From: Microcoleaceae cyanobacterium
GTDB lineage: Bacteria; Cyanobacteriota; Cyanobacteriia; Cyanobacteriales; Microcoleaceae
Reading direction: 5' to 3'
Assembly (NCBI GenBank): GCA_051652765.1
Contig: JBOFUV010000003.1
Coordinates: 1-42,073 of the forward strand
Length of the DNA: 42,073 nucleotides
Part shown: piece by piece, positions 19,741 to 31,322 of the stretch
Position numbering within the stretch: the stretch's first letter is position 1
How the letters are laid out: each line of letters starts with the position of its first letter
Position numbers and translations under genes: made by a program
Notes under the pieces: model-generated
Database searches by the model: none
Told to the model about the DNA's origin: nothing
What the model saw: the letters and a program-made list of their open reading frames with translations, nothing else

Positions 19741-20357
19741 TGGTTCAGATTATTTTTTTAGGCCCTCCCGGTGCAGGCAAAGGAACACAGGCTATTCGAT
19801 TGGCCGAGCACTATCAGATTCCCCATATTTCAACGGGGGACATTCTGAGGTCTCAGGTGGCTCAGAAAACCGATCTGGGTCAACAAGCTCAGACATACAT
19901 GGACAAAGGAGATTTGGTTCCCGATCAACTGATCTTGGACATGGTCAAGGAGCGCTTGTCTCAAGCTGATGCTCAAACTGGTTGGATTCTAGATGGATTC
20001 CCTCGCAATGTTGCTCAAGCCGCTTTTGTAGAGCAAATGCTAATACAGCATTTTAGCTCTCTGGCAGAGAGTTCCGGTGCTCCAAAGGAGGATATCGAGC
20101 AAGTTATTGTCATCAGTCTAGACGTTCCAGATGAGACCCTCATTCAGCGCCTTGTAGAGCGAGGTTTAGAGCGAGGTCGTCAAGATGATAACGAAACAAC
20201 CATCCGACATCGATTGCAAGTTTATCGGGAGCAAACTGCACCTCTGATCGAGTTTTATCAAGCTCGCCAACAATTGAATAAGGTCAATGGGAACTTGTCT
20301 GTCGATGAAGTTACCGTTGAGCTTTTGAGTGCTGTGGACAAGGCGAGAAACTCATGA
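19740..20357 (+). CDS. adk: Adenylate kinase (short-LID type)
   Basis: GPPGAGKGTQ, HISTGDILR, ILDGFPR; GTG overlaps the secY TAG. Confidence 0.97.
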   Translation: MVQIIFLGPPGAGKGTQAIRLAEHYQIPHISTGDILRSQVAQKTDLGQQAQTYMDKGDLVPDQLILDMVKERLSQADAQTGWILDGFPRNVAQAAFVEQMLIQHFSSLAESSGAPKEDIEQVIVISLDVPDETLIQRLVERGLERGRQDDNETTIRHRLQVYREQTAPLIEFYQARQQLNKVNGNLSVDEVTVELLSAVDKARNS

Positions 20358-20520
20358 ACTTTCTTTGTCCCCTTGACAATTGCTCAATAATTTGTTCAGG
20401 AACTTGGTAAAATTCTGTTAAGAAACGCTGTCAAAGTCATTGCATTTTTCCTACTCCATTTAGTTGGGTTGAGGGCTGTGGATTTACTGGGGGCATTAGT
20501 TGAATTGAAGGAGTTTTAGC

Positions 20521-20745
20521 TTGTCTAAGCAAGATTTGATTGAGATGGAGGGAACAGTTACAGAGTCTCTCCCCAACGCCATGTTTCGGGTTGACCTAGA
20601 TAATGGGTTTAATGTCTTAGCCCATATCTCGGGCAAAATCCGTCGAAATTACATTAAGATTCTGCCAGGAGATCGGGTTAAGGTCGAACTCACTCCTTAT
20701 GATTTGACGAAAGGTAGAATTACGTATCGTCTGAAGAAGAAGTGA
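20521..20745 (+). CDS. infA: Translation initiation factor IF-1
   Basis: [15 protein letters not shown]...ILPGDRV; TTG start after AAGGAG. Confidence 0.98.
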   Translation: MSKQDLIEMEGTVTESLPNAMFRVDLDNGFNVLAHISGKIRRNYIKILPGDRVKVELTPYDLTKGRITYRLKKK

Positions 20746-20796
20746 TTCTGCCCGATGAGAAAGAAATCAACAATAAATCAACAATATTTACTCCTG

Positions 20797-20824
20797 TTGA
20801 TTTAAGGACAGCTAGTGGTATAAT
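20797..20824 (+). promoter_or_regulatory. Internal promoter upstream of rpmJ-rpsM-rpsK-rpoA
   Basis: TTGATT, 16-bp spacer, TATAAT (20819-20824) with extended TG at 20816-20817. Confidence 0.65.
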
Positions 20825-20856
20825 ATTAAGTTCGTTGTAGTATTGCCTAGAATAGC

Positions 20857-20970
20857 ATGAAGGTTCGAGCTTCAGTTCGTAAGATTTGTGAGAAATGTCG
20901 AGTCATTCGGCGGCGGGGTCGCGTGATGGTGATTTGTTCTAACCCAAAGCATAAACAGCGACAGGGCTAG
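20857..20970 (+). CDS. rpmJ: 50S ribosomal protein L36 (Zn-binding form), absent from the ORF track
   Basis: Manual translation [37 protein letters not shown]. Confidence 0.98.
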   Translation: MKVRASVRKICEKCRVIRRRGRVMVICSNPKHKQRQG

Positions 20971-21157
20971 GGTATCTATCTGTACAGATTGCACAAGTAC
21001 GTTGTCATTCTGAAAAAGTCTTGCCCGAGGACTTAGAAAGATTTGATAAGTTTAAGTCATAGACAACTTCTAGGACTTAAGTTTAGAGCCTGGGTAAGGT
21101 CATAAATCAGCTTAGTAAGTCATAGAGTGAACTAGAAACGATGAGGGAGAGAGAGTT

Positions 21158-21538
21158 GTGGCACGAATAGCTGGGGTAGATCTTCCCCGCGATAAACGAA
21201 TTGAGATCGGGCTGACCTACATCTATGGAATTGGGCTTTCAAGATCTCACGAGATTTTAGAGGAATCTGGAGTTAACCCAGATACCCGTGTGAAGGACTT
21301 GAATGATGCTGAAGTAGCTGCATTGCGAGCGGCTGTTGAAAGTAAGTATCAAGTTGAGGGTGACCTCAGGCGTTGGGAAGCAATGAACATCAAGCGGTTG
21401 ACGGACATTGGTACCTACCGAGGCCGTCGCCACCGTATGGGTTTACCTGTTCGTGGGCAAAGAACTCGCACGAATGCTAGAACTCGTAGAGGGGTCAGGC
21501 GAACTGTAGCAGGTAAGAAGAAGGCTGCGAAGAAGTAA
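21158..21538 (+). CDS. rpsM: 30S ribosomal protein S13
   Basis: [25 protein letters not shown]. Confidence 0.98.
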   Translation: MARIAGVDLPRDKRIEIGLTYIYGIGLSRSHEILEESGVNPDTRVKDLNDAEVAALRAAVESKYQVEGDLRRWEAMNIKRLTDIGTYRGRRHRMGLPVRGQRTRTNARTRRGVRRTVAGKKKAAKK

Positions 21539-21631
21539 TGAGTTGCCACGGGTACAGGATAATGAGATTTTGTGCGCCCTATGGTTTCTTTTTGGCATTG
21601 CCAACGTCAAATTATCAATTGAGAGAATACT

Positions 21632-22024
21632 ATGGCCAAACCGTCTAAGAAGTCTACTGCAAAAAAGCAGAAGCGAAATGTTCCGAATGGGCACGCATAC
21701 ATTCAGTCCACGTTTAACAATACAATTGTCACCATTACAGACCAAAATGGCGAAGTGATTTCTTGGGCTTCAGCAGGGTCTACAGGGTTTAAAGGGGCCA
21801 AAAAAGGGACTCCTTTTGCGGCCCAAACTGCCGCTGAGAATGCTGGTCGTCGAGCCAGTGATCAAGGAATGCGACAGGTTGAGGTGATGGTTAGCGGCCC
21901 AGGGGCAGGACGAGAAACGGCTATTCGTGCTCTCCAAGGATCAGGGCTTGAGATCACCCTAATTAGGGACATTACTCCTATTCCGCACAATGGATGTCGT
22001 CCCCCAAAGCGCCGCCGTGTGTAG
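21632..22024 (+). CDS. rpsK: 30S ribosomal protein S11
   Basis: [28 protein letters not shown]. Confidence 0.98.
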   Translation: MAKPSKKSTAKKQKRNVPNGHAYIQSTFNNTIVTITDQNGEVISWASAGSTGFKGAKKGTPFAAQTAAENAGRRASDQGMRQVEVMVSGPGAGRETAIRALQGSGLEITLIRDITPIPHNGCRPPKRRRV

Positions 22025-22168
22025 TGTAGGTCTTAGGAGAAGGTCATCGGTAGAGGGATCAGAAAAAAGACGAGTGGGTCTTGAGTTAAGCTCAACAGCT
22101 TTTTTAGAGTTCTCTGTTCAAACTTAAGTATTTTGACGACGGGGCTGAAAGGAGAAGGGAGGTCACTG

Positions 22169-23113
22169 GTGGCGCAGTTTAAAATTGAGTGCATTGAATC
22201 TAGCACAGAAGCTGATCGGAGCCAATATGGCAAGTTTGTGATAGAGCCCCTTGACCGAGGTCAAGGAATTACTGTAGGGAATGCTCTGCGGCGAGTTCTA
22301 TTAGCAAACTTGGAAGGATCAGCAATTACAGCAGTACGAATTGCAGGGGTAAACCATGAGTTTGCTACGATTAAGGGAGTTCGGGAGGATGTGCTTGAGG
22401 TTTTGCTAAATCTTAAGGAAGTTGTCCTCAATAGTTACTCTGAACAGAAGCAGATTGGTCGCCTATTGGTTCAAGGGCCTGCAACAGTTACTGCAGGTCA
22501 CTTTGATTTGCCTTCTGAAGTTGAAGTCGTTGACAGGAGTCAGTACATTGCGACTCTCTCTCCTGATTCAACTTTAGAGATGGAGTTCCAGATTGACAAG
22601 GGCACTGGATACCGAGCTGTGGATCGGAATCGAGATGAAGCAACTTCTCTTGATTTCCTTCAAATTGATGCCATCTTCATGCCTGTTCACAAGGTGAACT
22701 ATACCGTTGAAGATGCTCGGATCGGAGATTCTCTTGAGCAAGATCGCTTGATCATGGAGGTCTGGACGAATGGGAGTCTAACGCCTCAAGAAGCGATGAG
22801 TCAGGCTGCTACAACCTTAGTAGGTCTGTTCTCACCGCTGAAGGATATCACGCTAGAATCTGTCAAGGCAGAACCTGGCGAAGACGTTGATCCCACGAGT
22901 CAAATTCCAATTGAGGAGCTACAGCTCTCTGTGAGAGCTTATAACTGCCTCAAGCGGGCTCAGATTAATTCTGTGGCTGACCTTCGAGACTATACTCAAG
23001 AAGACTTGCTTGAAATTAAGAATTTTGGGCAAAAGTCTGCTGAAGAAGTAATTGAGGCGCTGCAGAAACGTTTAGGTATTACCCTTCCTTTGGAAAGGGC
23101 TAGTAAATCTTAG
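22169..23113 (+). CDS. rpoA: RNA polymerase subunit alpha
   Basis: [32 protein letters not shown]; likely GTG start at 22169 after GGGAGG. Confidence 0.98.
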   Translation: MAQFKIECIESSTEADRSQYGKFVIEPLDRGQGITVGNALRRVLLANLEGSAITAVRIAGVNHEFATIKGVREDVLEVLLNLKEVVLNSYSEQKQIGRLLVQGPATVTAGHFDLPSEVEVVDRSQYIATLSPDSTLEMEFQIDKGTGYRAVDRNRDEATSLDFLQIDAIFMPVHKVNYTVEDARIGDSLEQDRLIMEVWTNGSLTPQEAMSQAATTLVGLFSPLKDITLESVKAEPGEDVDPTSQIPIEELQLSVRAYNCLKRAQINSVADLRDYTQEDLLEIKNFGQKSAEEVIEALQKRLGITLPLERASKS

Positions 23114-23144
23114 TCGTGTTGTTTATCTCAACAGAGAGTCGATT

Positions 23145-23495
23145 ATGCGTCATCGTTGTCGTGTTCCCCAACTCAGTAAACCCGCTGACCAGCGGAAGGC
23201 TCTGCTCCGAGCCCTAACCACGGAGCTAGTTCGTCACGGTCGGATTACAACAACAAAGGCTCGAGCTAAAGCAGTTCGAACTGAAGTTGAACGAATCATT
23301 ACCCTGGCCAAAGATGGATCTCTTTCGTCTCGGCGGAGAGCTTTGGGCTATATATATGACAAGCAACTGGTTCATGCTTTGTTTGAAGGGGTTCCAGATC
23401 GTTATGGATCTCGCAATGGAGGGTACACTCGCATTATCCGAACCATTCGTCGTCATGGCGACAATGCTGAGATGGCGATTATTGAGCTAGTGTGA
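23145..23495 (+). CDS. rplQ: 50S ribosomal protein L17
   Basis: MRHR...[17 protein letters not shown]. Confidence 0.98.
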   Translation: MRHRCRVPQLSKPADQRKALLRALTTELVRHGRITTTKARAKAVRTEVERIITLAKDGSLSSRRRALGYIYDKQLVHALFEGVPDRYGSRNGGYTRIIRTIRRHGDNAEMAIIELV

Positions 23496-24373
23496 AATTG
23501 GCGGGGGTTTATCTTGGGGGGTCAGAGTTACAGCGAGTTGCTCTGATCATTCAGTACCAAGGAACTCATTTTCATGGATGGCAACGTCAGCCCAATGGCC
23601 GAACAGTTCAAGAGGAGATTGAGAAGGCGATCGCAGGGGTTTTAGAGTGTCCTGTGACCGTCCAAGCAGCAGGTCGAACCGATTCGGGGGTACATGCTGC
23701 GGCACAGGTCGCCCACTTTGATGCTCCAAGTCATATTCCAGCTCACCGTTGGGCTACAGTCTTGAACGGTCGCCTGCCCTCTGATATTCTGATTCGAGCT
23801 TCAATTCAAGTGCAATCTACTTGGCACGCTCGGTTTTCGGCAGTCTGGCGGCGTTATCGCTATACGTTATACACTGATGCTCGACCCAACTTGTTCATTC
23901 GTCCCTTTGCTTGGCATTACTACCAAGCTTCTCTGGATGAATCCCTGATTCAAGCGGCTTTAAGCCCTTTGGTCGGCTACCACCATCTGTCTGCTTTTCA
24001 GCGCGCAGGTTCCTCTCGACCCCATGCCTGGGTTGAGGTACAAGAAGCACAGTGTAAACGGCAAGGGTCGTTCCTCTACATTGAGGTTCAAGCTAGTGGA
24101 TTTCTTTATGGCATGATGCGGCTTTTAGTTGGAATGCTGGTGCAGGTGGGAACCCAGGAGCGATCGCCGGAAAACTTCAGACAGATTTGGGAAAGTGAAC
24201 GTCGAGAACTGGTCAAACATGCCGCTCCTGCTCAGGGTCTTTGCCTTTTACGGGTTGGCTATCCAGATTTTCCGGTCGATCCCGAAGTCTGGTTTGATAC
24301 GTTTCCCAGATTTATAATCGGTTCAGGCAGCAATTACAGTTTTATAGATCATCAGTCTTCATTATTGATTTGA
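23492..24373 (+). CDS. truA: tRNA pseudouridine(38-40) synthase
   Basis: [30 protein letters not shown]. Confidence 0.96.
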   Translation: MKLAGVYLGGSELQRVALIIQYQGTHFHGWQRQPNGRTVQEEIEKAIAGVLECPVTVQAAGRTDSGVHAAAQVAHFDAPSHIPAHRWATVLNGRLPSDILIRASIQVQSTWHARFSAVWRRYRYTLYTDARPNLFIRPFAWHYYQASLDESLIQAALSPLVGYHHLSAFQRAGSSRPHAWVEVQEAQCKRQGSFLYIEVQASGFLYGMMRLLVGMLVQVGTQERSPENFRQIWESERRELVKHAAPAQGLCLLRVGYPDFPVDPEVWFDTFPRFIIGSGSNYSFIDHQSSLLI

Positions 24374-24384
24374 GGAGAACTTTA

Positions 24385-24843
24385 ATGACTAAAACCTATC
24401 TTCCTGTTCAGAATACAATTGAACAAAAGTGGTATGTCGTGGATGCAGCAAATCAGCGGTTGGGCCGTTTAGCAACCGAGATTGCTTGCGTGATTCGGGG
24501 AAAAAACAAGCCCATTTATACCCCTCACATGGATACAGGGGATTTTGTTGTGGTAGTCAATGCTGAAAAAATCCAGGTGACAGGGAGAAAGCCCAGTCAA
24601 AAGCTCTATCGTCGCCACTCCGGAAGACCTGGGGGGATGAAAGTAGAGACCTTTGAACAGCTTCAAGCCCGGATTCCTGAACGGATTATCGAGGATGCTG
24701 TTCGAGGAATGTTGCCCAAGAATACTTTAGGACGACAGCTCTTCAAAAAGCTTAAGGTTTATGCAGGCCCAGATCATCCCCATGAAGCGCAGCAACCTGA
24801 ACCCCTGACAATCAATACAATTCCAGCAACTAAAGGAGAATAA
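24385..24843 (+). CDS. rplM: 50S ribosomal protein L13
   Basis: [24 protein letters not shown] 24385 after GAGGAG. Confidence 0.98.
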   Translation: MTKTYLPVQNTIEQKWYVVDAANQRLGRLATEIACVIRGKNKPIYTPHMDTGDFVVVVNAEKIQVTGRKPSQKLYRRHSGRPGGMKVETFEQLQARIPERIIEDAVRGMLPKNTLGRQLFKKLKVYAGPDHPHEAQQPEPLTINTIPATKGE

Positions 24844-24845
24844 TC

Positions 24846-25256
24846 ATGCAAGCAACCGATAGTAATCCAGCCGTTTATTGGGGGACAGGGCGACGGAAGA
24901 CTTCTAGTGCTAGGGTTCGTCTAGTTCCAGGAACCGGAAAGTTAACAATTAATGGGCGGGAAGGAGAATCTTACCTACAGTTCAACATGGTCTATCTGTC
25001 AATAGCCAAGGCTCCCCTAGAGGTTTTGGGCTTGGAGAATGACTATGATATTTTAGTCAATGTTCGGGGAGGCGGTTTAACTGGACAGGCGGATTCAATT
25101 CGTCTTGGGGTTGCTCGAGCACTGTGCGATCTCAGCCCCGATAATCGTCCGCCCCTGAAAGTGGAGGGATATCTAACCCGTGATCCTAGGGCTAAAGAGC
25201 GCAAGAAGTATGGTCTCAGAAAAGCGCGTAAAGCACCCCAGTATTCAAAACGTTAA
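24846..25256 (+). CDS. rpsI: 30S ribosomal protein S9
   Basis: [33 protein letters not shown]. Confidence 0.98.
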   Translation: MQATDSNPAVYWGTGRRKTSSARVRLVPGTGKLTINGREGESYLQFNMVYLSIAKAPLEVLGLENDYDILVNVRGGGLTGQADSIRLGVARALCDLSPDNRPPLKVEGYLTRDPRAKERKKYGLRKARKAPQYSKR

Positions 25257-25319
25257 CAGTTGGATAAGGGTTAACGTTAAAATAATTGTAAAGATCAAGT
25301 TAAGTTGACGGAGAGAACA

Positions 25320-25586
25320 ATGCCTAAGTCTGACATTCATCCTAAGTGGTATCCAGAAGCTGAAGTCTATTGTAATGGTGAATTGGTGATGAACGTGGGT
25401 TCAACTCAACCCAAGATTCAAGTTGAGGTCTGGTCGGGGAACCATCCGTTTTACACTGGAACCCAGAAAATCATTGATACCGAAGGGCGCGTAGAACGAT
25501 TCCTGCGGAAGTACGGCATGACGGATAAGAAGCCCAAAGCCAGTGCTAACGATTCGCCATCTAACGATCAGCCATCTGAGGGATAG
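25320..25586 (+). CDS. rpmE: 50S ribosomal protein L31
   Basis: MPKSDIHPKWY...SGNHPFYTG...GRVERF; ATG 25320. Confidence 0.96.
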   Translation: MPKSDIHPKWYPEAEVYCNGELVMNVGSTQPKIQVEVWSGNHPFYTGTQKIIDTEGRVERFLRKYGMTDKKPKASANDSPSNDQPSEG

Positions 25587-25686
25587 CCAAGTTGTCATTT
25601 GTCATTTGTCTGTAGGGGCATTCTCTACCGACAGCTTGCAGTATTTTTTGTCCGAACACTCTGATCACGTAACACCTGACAACTGA

Positions 25687-26811
<1,125 letters not shown>

Positions 26812-26933
26812 TTTTAGAGCCTAGAGTAGAGGTTGATTTGCTAATGAACTAGACTTGGACTTTAGAACTCTTGAGGTGCTAAAAGTTTTATTGTAAGAGA
26901 TACTTAGTATTCCTTAAAGTTAGAACCCATCCT

Positions 26934-27863
26934 ATGTTTTCTAGTCGTCCCACTCCTTGGATACAACGCTGGTCGCGGGTGATGATCGGCGTGATCGCGC
27001 TTTTAGGAAGTATTGAGACTGCCTATTTGACCTTAATGAAATTCTCAGGAACGGCTGTGGCTTGCCCGGTTGCCAGTTGCAACGATGCCCTGAGTAGCTC
27101 CTACGCTACGATTTTTAACTTACCTCTCTCCCTATTTGGCTGCCTTGCTTACGTCACAATGGCAGGGTTGGCGCTGATTCCCCTTCTCCTTAATAAAACC
27201 CAGCTTAACGAGGCCCAAGTCAGTAAAACCAAGATTAGCAAAACTCAGCCTCAGCAGCGATCACAGCTTGAGTCGTTGACTTGGTGGCTGATGTTTGGGC
27301 TTAGTACTGCCATGGCAATCTGTAGCAGTTATCTGATTTATCTACTGGCTTCTGAGTTGAAAGCCTTCTGTTTTTACTGCATCCTGTCAGCCATTTTCTC
27401 CTTCAGCTTGTTCATTCTGACCCTAATAGGGCGTGATTGGGAAGATATAGGTCAACTATTTTTTCGGGGCTTGACCATTGGGATGGTAACTTTAATTGGA
27501 GTTTTGGGCATTTACAATAGCACTCAAGCCAGCGAACCTTCCAACGTGCCCACAGAGTTTCAGATTACGACAACTTCCAGCCCAGCGGCCTTAGCTTTGG
27601 CCCGTCACCTCAAACAAATTGGTGCCAAACAGTATGGTGCTTACTGGTGTCCCCACTGTCAGGAACAAAAGCAAGTGTTGGGTCAAGCTGCCTTTGAGCT
27701 AATTGACTATATTGAGTGTGATGCCAATGGTAAAAATGCTCAACCCCAGCTTTGTCGTCAGCTCGGAATTAAATCTTACCCGACTTGGGAAATCAAAGGT
27801 CAGTTCTACAGCGGGCTACAATCTATCGAAACCTTGGCAAACTTATCAGAATATCCGGGCTAG
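26934..27863 (+). CDS. VKOR fused to a thioredoxin-like domain (disulfide-bond formation)
   Basis: TM helices with loop cysteines CPVASC, CFYC active site, and C-terminal GAYWCPHC thioredoxin motif. Confidence 0.92.
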   Translation: MFSSRPTPWIQRWSRVMIGVIALLGSIETAYLTLMKFSGTAVACPVASCNDALSSSYATIFNLPLSLFGCLAYVTMAGLALIPLLLNKTQLNEAQVSKTKISKTQPQQRSQLESLTWWLMFGLSTAMAICSSYLIYLLASELKAFCFYCILSAIFSFSLFILTLIGRDWEDIGQLFFRGLTIGMVTLIGVLGIYNSTQASEPSNVPTEFQITTTSSPAALALARHLKQIGAKQYGAYWCPHCQEQKQVLGQAAFELIDYIECDANGKNAQPQLCRQLGIKSYPTWEIKGQFYSGLQSIETLANLSEYPG

Positions 27864-28599
27864 GGAGACGTTCATTCTTAATAATCGGTTATGCTATTAT
27901 CTAGGGGTTCATCCAATTCTATAACTTTCAGAAAGAACTGGGCTATGAACGAGTTTTAACTTCAGGGGTGGTCATTAGTTTGAGTTTGATTGATGGGTGC
28001 GGTAATGTGTCGGCGATTATGTTTATCCGAAGTAGCCTTTCATCCCTTGCAGCATCAGTTTATTAGGGCCTTACTGAGGCAAGCTGTTTGCACTTTCAGT
28101 CTACTTTCATTCACCAACTAGGCATTCATCAACTGGACTTGGTATTGGTTTCAAGGTTTTTGAGCAGAGATTTGGTATCAGGGTTAAGCTATCTGCATTA
28201 AGCTGAACTAAATCAGCAAAATAAAGTTGCTGCGTGCAGGTGTCTTCCTTCCGGTTCAGAGATTGATATCTTTATATTTTTGGTAGTCCTAAAAAGGCAA
28301 CGATTTTTTTGCTGGGATTAGGAGGCTCTATCCCCACAAGGGGGCAATACCCCTTTAACCCTAAGCACTTATCCTTACTTCTACATTACTACCTTATGTT
28401 GATGAGTTAGCTTTTGCGAGTTAACTTCTTCCTATTTCATAGGGTTGCTTCTTTTAGTTTGGTCAAAGCATAGTGCTGGAAATTTCAGGACGCAGTTTTA
28501 ACCTTTCTCTTCTCGTCTTTTCTCAGAACGTCTTGCCAGAATTGCTCCAAGGTTAACAGCCTATTCTAGTCCCCAATCTCTAACATTTAATTCGGGCGG

Positions 28600-30762
28600 A
28601 TGTTAATTCAACAGCTAGGTCAAACTCCCAATCGACTCCTCTCGGTTCTGAAGCAATGGTTCGGCAGACAGGAGTCTCAAGTGTGGTGGATTTCGTCAGG
28701 CGTGGCTGGAACGGTAATCCTCCTGCGATGTCTGGGTCTTCTCCAAGCTTTAGAGTGGTCGATGTTTGATTTGTATTTTCGCCTACATCCTCTAGAGCCT
28801 ATAGATGAGCGAATTTTGATTGTCGGCATTGATGAAACGGATCTACAAACCTATGGGTTTCCCGTCTCCGATCTTGAACTAGCAAAACTCTTAACAACGT
28901 TGAATACGAATCAACCTAGGGCAATTGGTTTAGACATTTACCGGGATTTACCTGCTGCTCCGGGTTATCCTCAGCTCGTTCAAACCTTGAAAACGATTCC
29001 CAATTTAATCGGGATTGAGAAAATTGAAACCCCTCGGAGTTCTGGAATTAAGCCTCCTCCAGTTTTAAGTCAACGAAATCTAGTTGGATTTAATAACGTC
29101 GTAGTAGATGCGGATGGGAAAGTCCGCCGAGGTTTGCTGTATATGGGAGGGTTTGCTGATGGTCAAGCCCGCCAGAGTTTTGCCCTCAAGTTGGCTTTGA
29201 TTTATCTAGAACAAGAAGGTATCACTCCTGAAGCAGGAAACAAAGCCAATGATTTAAAGCTAGGTCAGGGCGTATTTCGCCGATTTCGTTCAAATGATGG
29301 CAGCTATATCCGGGCTGAAGTCGGAGGCTATCAATTTCTAGCAAATCCCAGGGGGCCATCTGGCTACTTTCGCACGGTGTCGATGCAGGATGTGTTACAG
29401 GGTCGGATTGATGCTGAGCAAATCCGGAATCGGATCATCTTGATTGGATCAACGGCACCGAGTGTCAAGGACTTGCATCTAACGGTTTACAGTGGAGGGC
29501 TATTCCGACAACCTCAGCCTTTATACGGAGTAGAATTGCAAGCCAATTTTCTGAGCGAAATTCTCAGTTCAGCCCTAGAAGGACGGCATTCGATTCGGAT
29601 CTGGTCAGAAGGGATGGAGTGGCTGTGGATCTTCTCCTGGTCTTTAGTCAGTACAAAACTCTGTTGGCATGGGCGATCGCCTTCTCGATCAATCCTTGTC
29701 GTATTTTCCCTAGGAGGATTGCTATCCGTTGCCGCCTACTTAATCTTTCGAGTGGGATGGTGGATTCCAGTTATACCTGGAATCATTGCTCTGTGGGGTT
29801 CTGCCCTGGTAGTCGTGGCATACATGGCACACCGTCAAGAAGAAATGAAGCGATCGACAGAATTTTTTAAAAGTGTAATTAATACAATTCCTGACCCAGT
29901 TTATGTCAAGAATGCTCATCATCACAAGGTTGTGATCAATCAAGCCTACTGCGAATTAGTCGGCTATCCTTCCGAGATTCTCATGGAAAAACCAGACTAT
30001 GAGCTTTTCCCCGCCTCTGAAGCCAAGATGTTTTGGCAACAGGATGAACTGGCATTTCATAACACAGTGCCTCAAGACCGCGAAGAGAAACTCACCAGTA
30101 CTAACGGAAAAACCTATTGTATTGAAACGAAGCGATCGCTACACCGAGATGGAGCCGGAAATCTTTTTCTGGTTGGGGTGATCCGAGATATTACCGAACG
30201 GAAACAACTTGAGGCCAACTTAAAGCAGCTTGCCGCCGAACTTGAGCGGTCAAATGAAGCCTTAAGGGTTTCTGCCGAACATGACCCATTAACAGGATTA
30301 CCCAATCGCAAACTCTTCCAGGAACGCCTGCATCAATCTTTAGAATGGGCGGCCCAATACAACAAAGCAGTCGCCTTGTTTTTCCTGGATTTAAATGATT
30401 TTAAGCTCGTCAACGATACCTTGGGACATCACGTTGGAGACTTGCTCTTAAAGACTGTAGCTGAACGGTTACGAGGATGTCTGCGAGGGAGTGATACGGT
30501 TTCTCGCTTGGGAGGAGATGAATTTACAATTATCCTTCCAGGCATTGCGAATCGGGAGAATACAGCAAGAGTTGCGGGAAAAATTCTAGAAACCCTGATG
30601 CAACCTGCAACTTTAGAAGGGAATACGCTTTCAGTAACTGCGAGCATTGGCATCAGCCTCTATCCTGAAGACACTGACGACATTGAACTACTCGTTCAGA
30701 AGGCTGATTCAGCCATGTACCGAGCGAAAAGATTAGATAAAAATCGCTATGAGTTTGCTTGA
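28600..30762 (+). CDS. CHASE2-PAS-GGDEF diguanylate cyclase
   Basis: RILIVGIDE, AIGLDIYRD, DADGKVRR, IILIGSTA, GVELQA (CHASE2); three TM helices; PAS (IPDPVYVK...RDITERK); HDPLTGLPNR...RLGGDEF with RGSD I-site. Confidence 0.93.
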   Translation: MLIQQLGQTPNRLLSVLKQWFGRQESQVWWISSGVAGTVILLRCLGLLQALEWSMFDLYFRLHPLEPIDERILIVGIDETDLQTYGFPVSDLELAKLLTTLNTNQPRAIGLDIYRDLPAAPGYPQLVQTLKTIPNLIGIEKIETPRSSGIKPPPVLSQRNLVGFNNVVVDADGKVRRGLLYMGGFADGQARQSFALKLALIYLEQEGITPEAGNKANDLKLGQGVFRRFRSNDGSYIRAEVGGYQFLANPRGPSGYFRTVSMQDVLQGRIDAEQIRNRIILIGSTAPSVKDLHLTVYSGGLFRQPQPLYGVELQANFLSEILSSALEGRHSIRIWSEGMEWLWIFSWSLVSTKLCWHGRSPSRSILVVFSLGGLLSVAAYLIFRVGWWIPVIPGIIALWGSALVVVAYMAHRQEEMKRSTEFFKSVINTIPDPVYVKNAHHHKVVINQAYCELVGYPSEILMEKPDYELFPASEAKMFWQQDELAFHNTVPQDREEKLTSTNGKTYCIETKRSLHRDGAGNLFLVGVIRDITERKQLEANLKQLAAELERSNEALRVSAEHDPLTGLPNRKLFQERLHQSLEWAAQYNKAVALFFLDLNDFKLVNDTLGHHVGDLLLKTVAERLRGCLRGSDTVSRLGGDEFTIILPGIANRENTARVAGKILETLMQPATLEGNTLSVTASIGISLYPEDTDDIELLVQKADSAMYRAKRLDKNRYEFA

Positions 30763-30902
30763 GTAGAAACTTGCAAAAAGGACTGAACCATGAGGACTGA
30801 AACTACTGTAGGGCTAGTTCCCTCAGGCTTTATTATAAGCGATTTTCAAAAAAATCATCCTTGAAAGGGACGGTTCCTAAAACTGTTCCCCTGCTCAGTG
30901 GC

Positions 30903-30920
30903 ATCAGTGATATCACTGAT
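30903..30920. promoter_or_regulatory. Perfect 18-bp palindrome ATCAGTGATATCACTGAT, candidate operator
   Basis: Self-complementary; ~100 bp upstream of the small peptide gene. Confidence 0.45.
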
Positions 30921-31021
30921 ATACTAACGACTATCGGGGAAGTGTATTTGATAGATTCACGCAGTATAAATGGGCTAGGTGAATGTTGGGTGTTGTTCTT
31001 TAGCTATCGGGAGTCAACCCT

Positions 31022-31237
31022 ATGGGATGCATCTACAAGGTCATGTTTGCAGCGCTTCTAGGTCTAGGAAGCCAGTTTGTGATGATTGAGGTCGCTGAAG
31101 CAGCAAGCATTCAGTCCGGCGATTCTGAGTTTGAAAAAGCTTGTTTGAGTATTTCTTTAAGCGAAAGCGTTCCTATCTCGGGCTACGATCCTGGTGATCC
31201 AGGACGTGGAGGTGAGGGAGACACTGGATCTCGGTGA
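31022..31237 (+). CDS. Small putatively secreted peptide (71 aa) with Gly/Pro-rich C-terminus ending TGSR
   Basis: GGGAG RBS upstream; hydrophobic N-terminus ending A-E-A; terminator hairpin downstream. Confidence 0.7.
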   Translation: MGCIYKVMFAALLGLGSQFVMIEVAEAASIQSGDSEFEKACLSISLSESVPISGYDPGDPGRGGEGDTGSR

Positions 31238-31322
31238 GGATCAAGTCGGTTGGACAATATCTTGTCTTCCAAGTTTCAGCCAACTTTAAGAGATTTCATT
31301 TTATGATCGGGCTTGATTTCAG

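Noticed and set aside
8785..23113. Missing rpsJ, rpsN, rpmD and rpsD in the ribosomal cluster
   Set aside because: Normal for cyanobacteria: rpsJ, rpsN and rpsD lie elsewhere and L30 is generally absent
26880..26890. TAAAAGTTTTA motif echoing the palindrome cores at 6878-6888 and ~38343
   Set aside because: Short and AT-rich; three loose matches are compatible with chance
27840..27882. Premature stop in the VKOR-thioredoxin gene
   Set aside because: All expected cysteine motifs are present and the domain appears complete; at most a few residues shorter
28460..28503. c-di-GMP-I riboswitch upstream of the cyclase (GAAA...GGACGCA)
   Set aside because: Lacks the GGYAAA element, GCAAA junction and second stem; resemblance too weak
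30861..31061. 66-aa ORF overlapping the start of the peptide gene
   Set aside because: TTG start, no features, and overlaps a better-supported ORF
31022..31237. Calling the peptide PatS or PatX
   Set aside because: The defining RGSGR pentapeptide is absent; only the layout is similar
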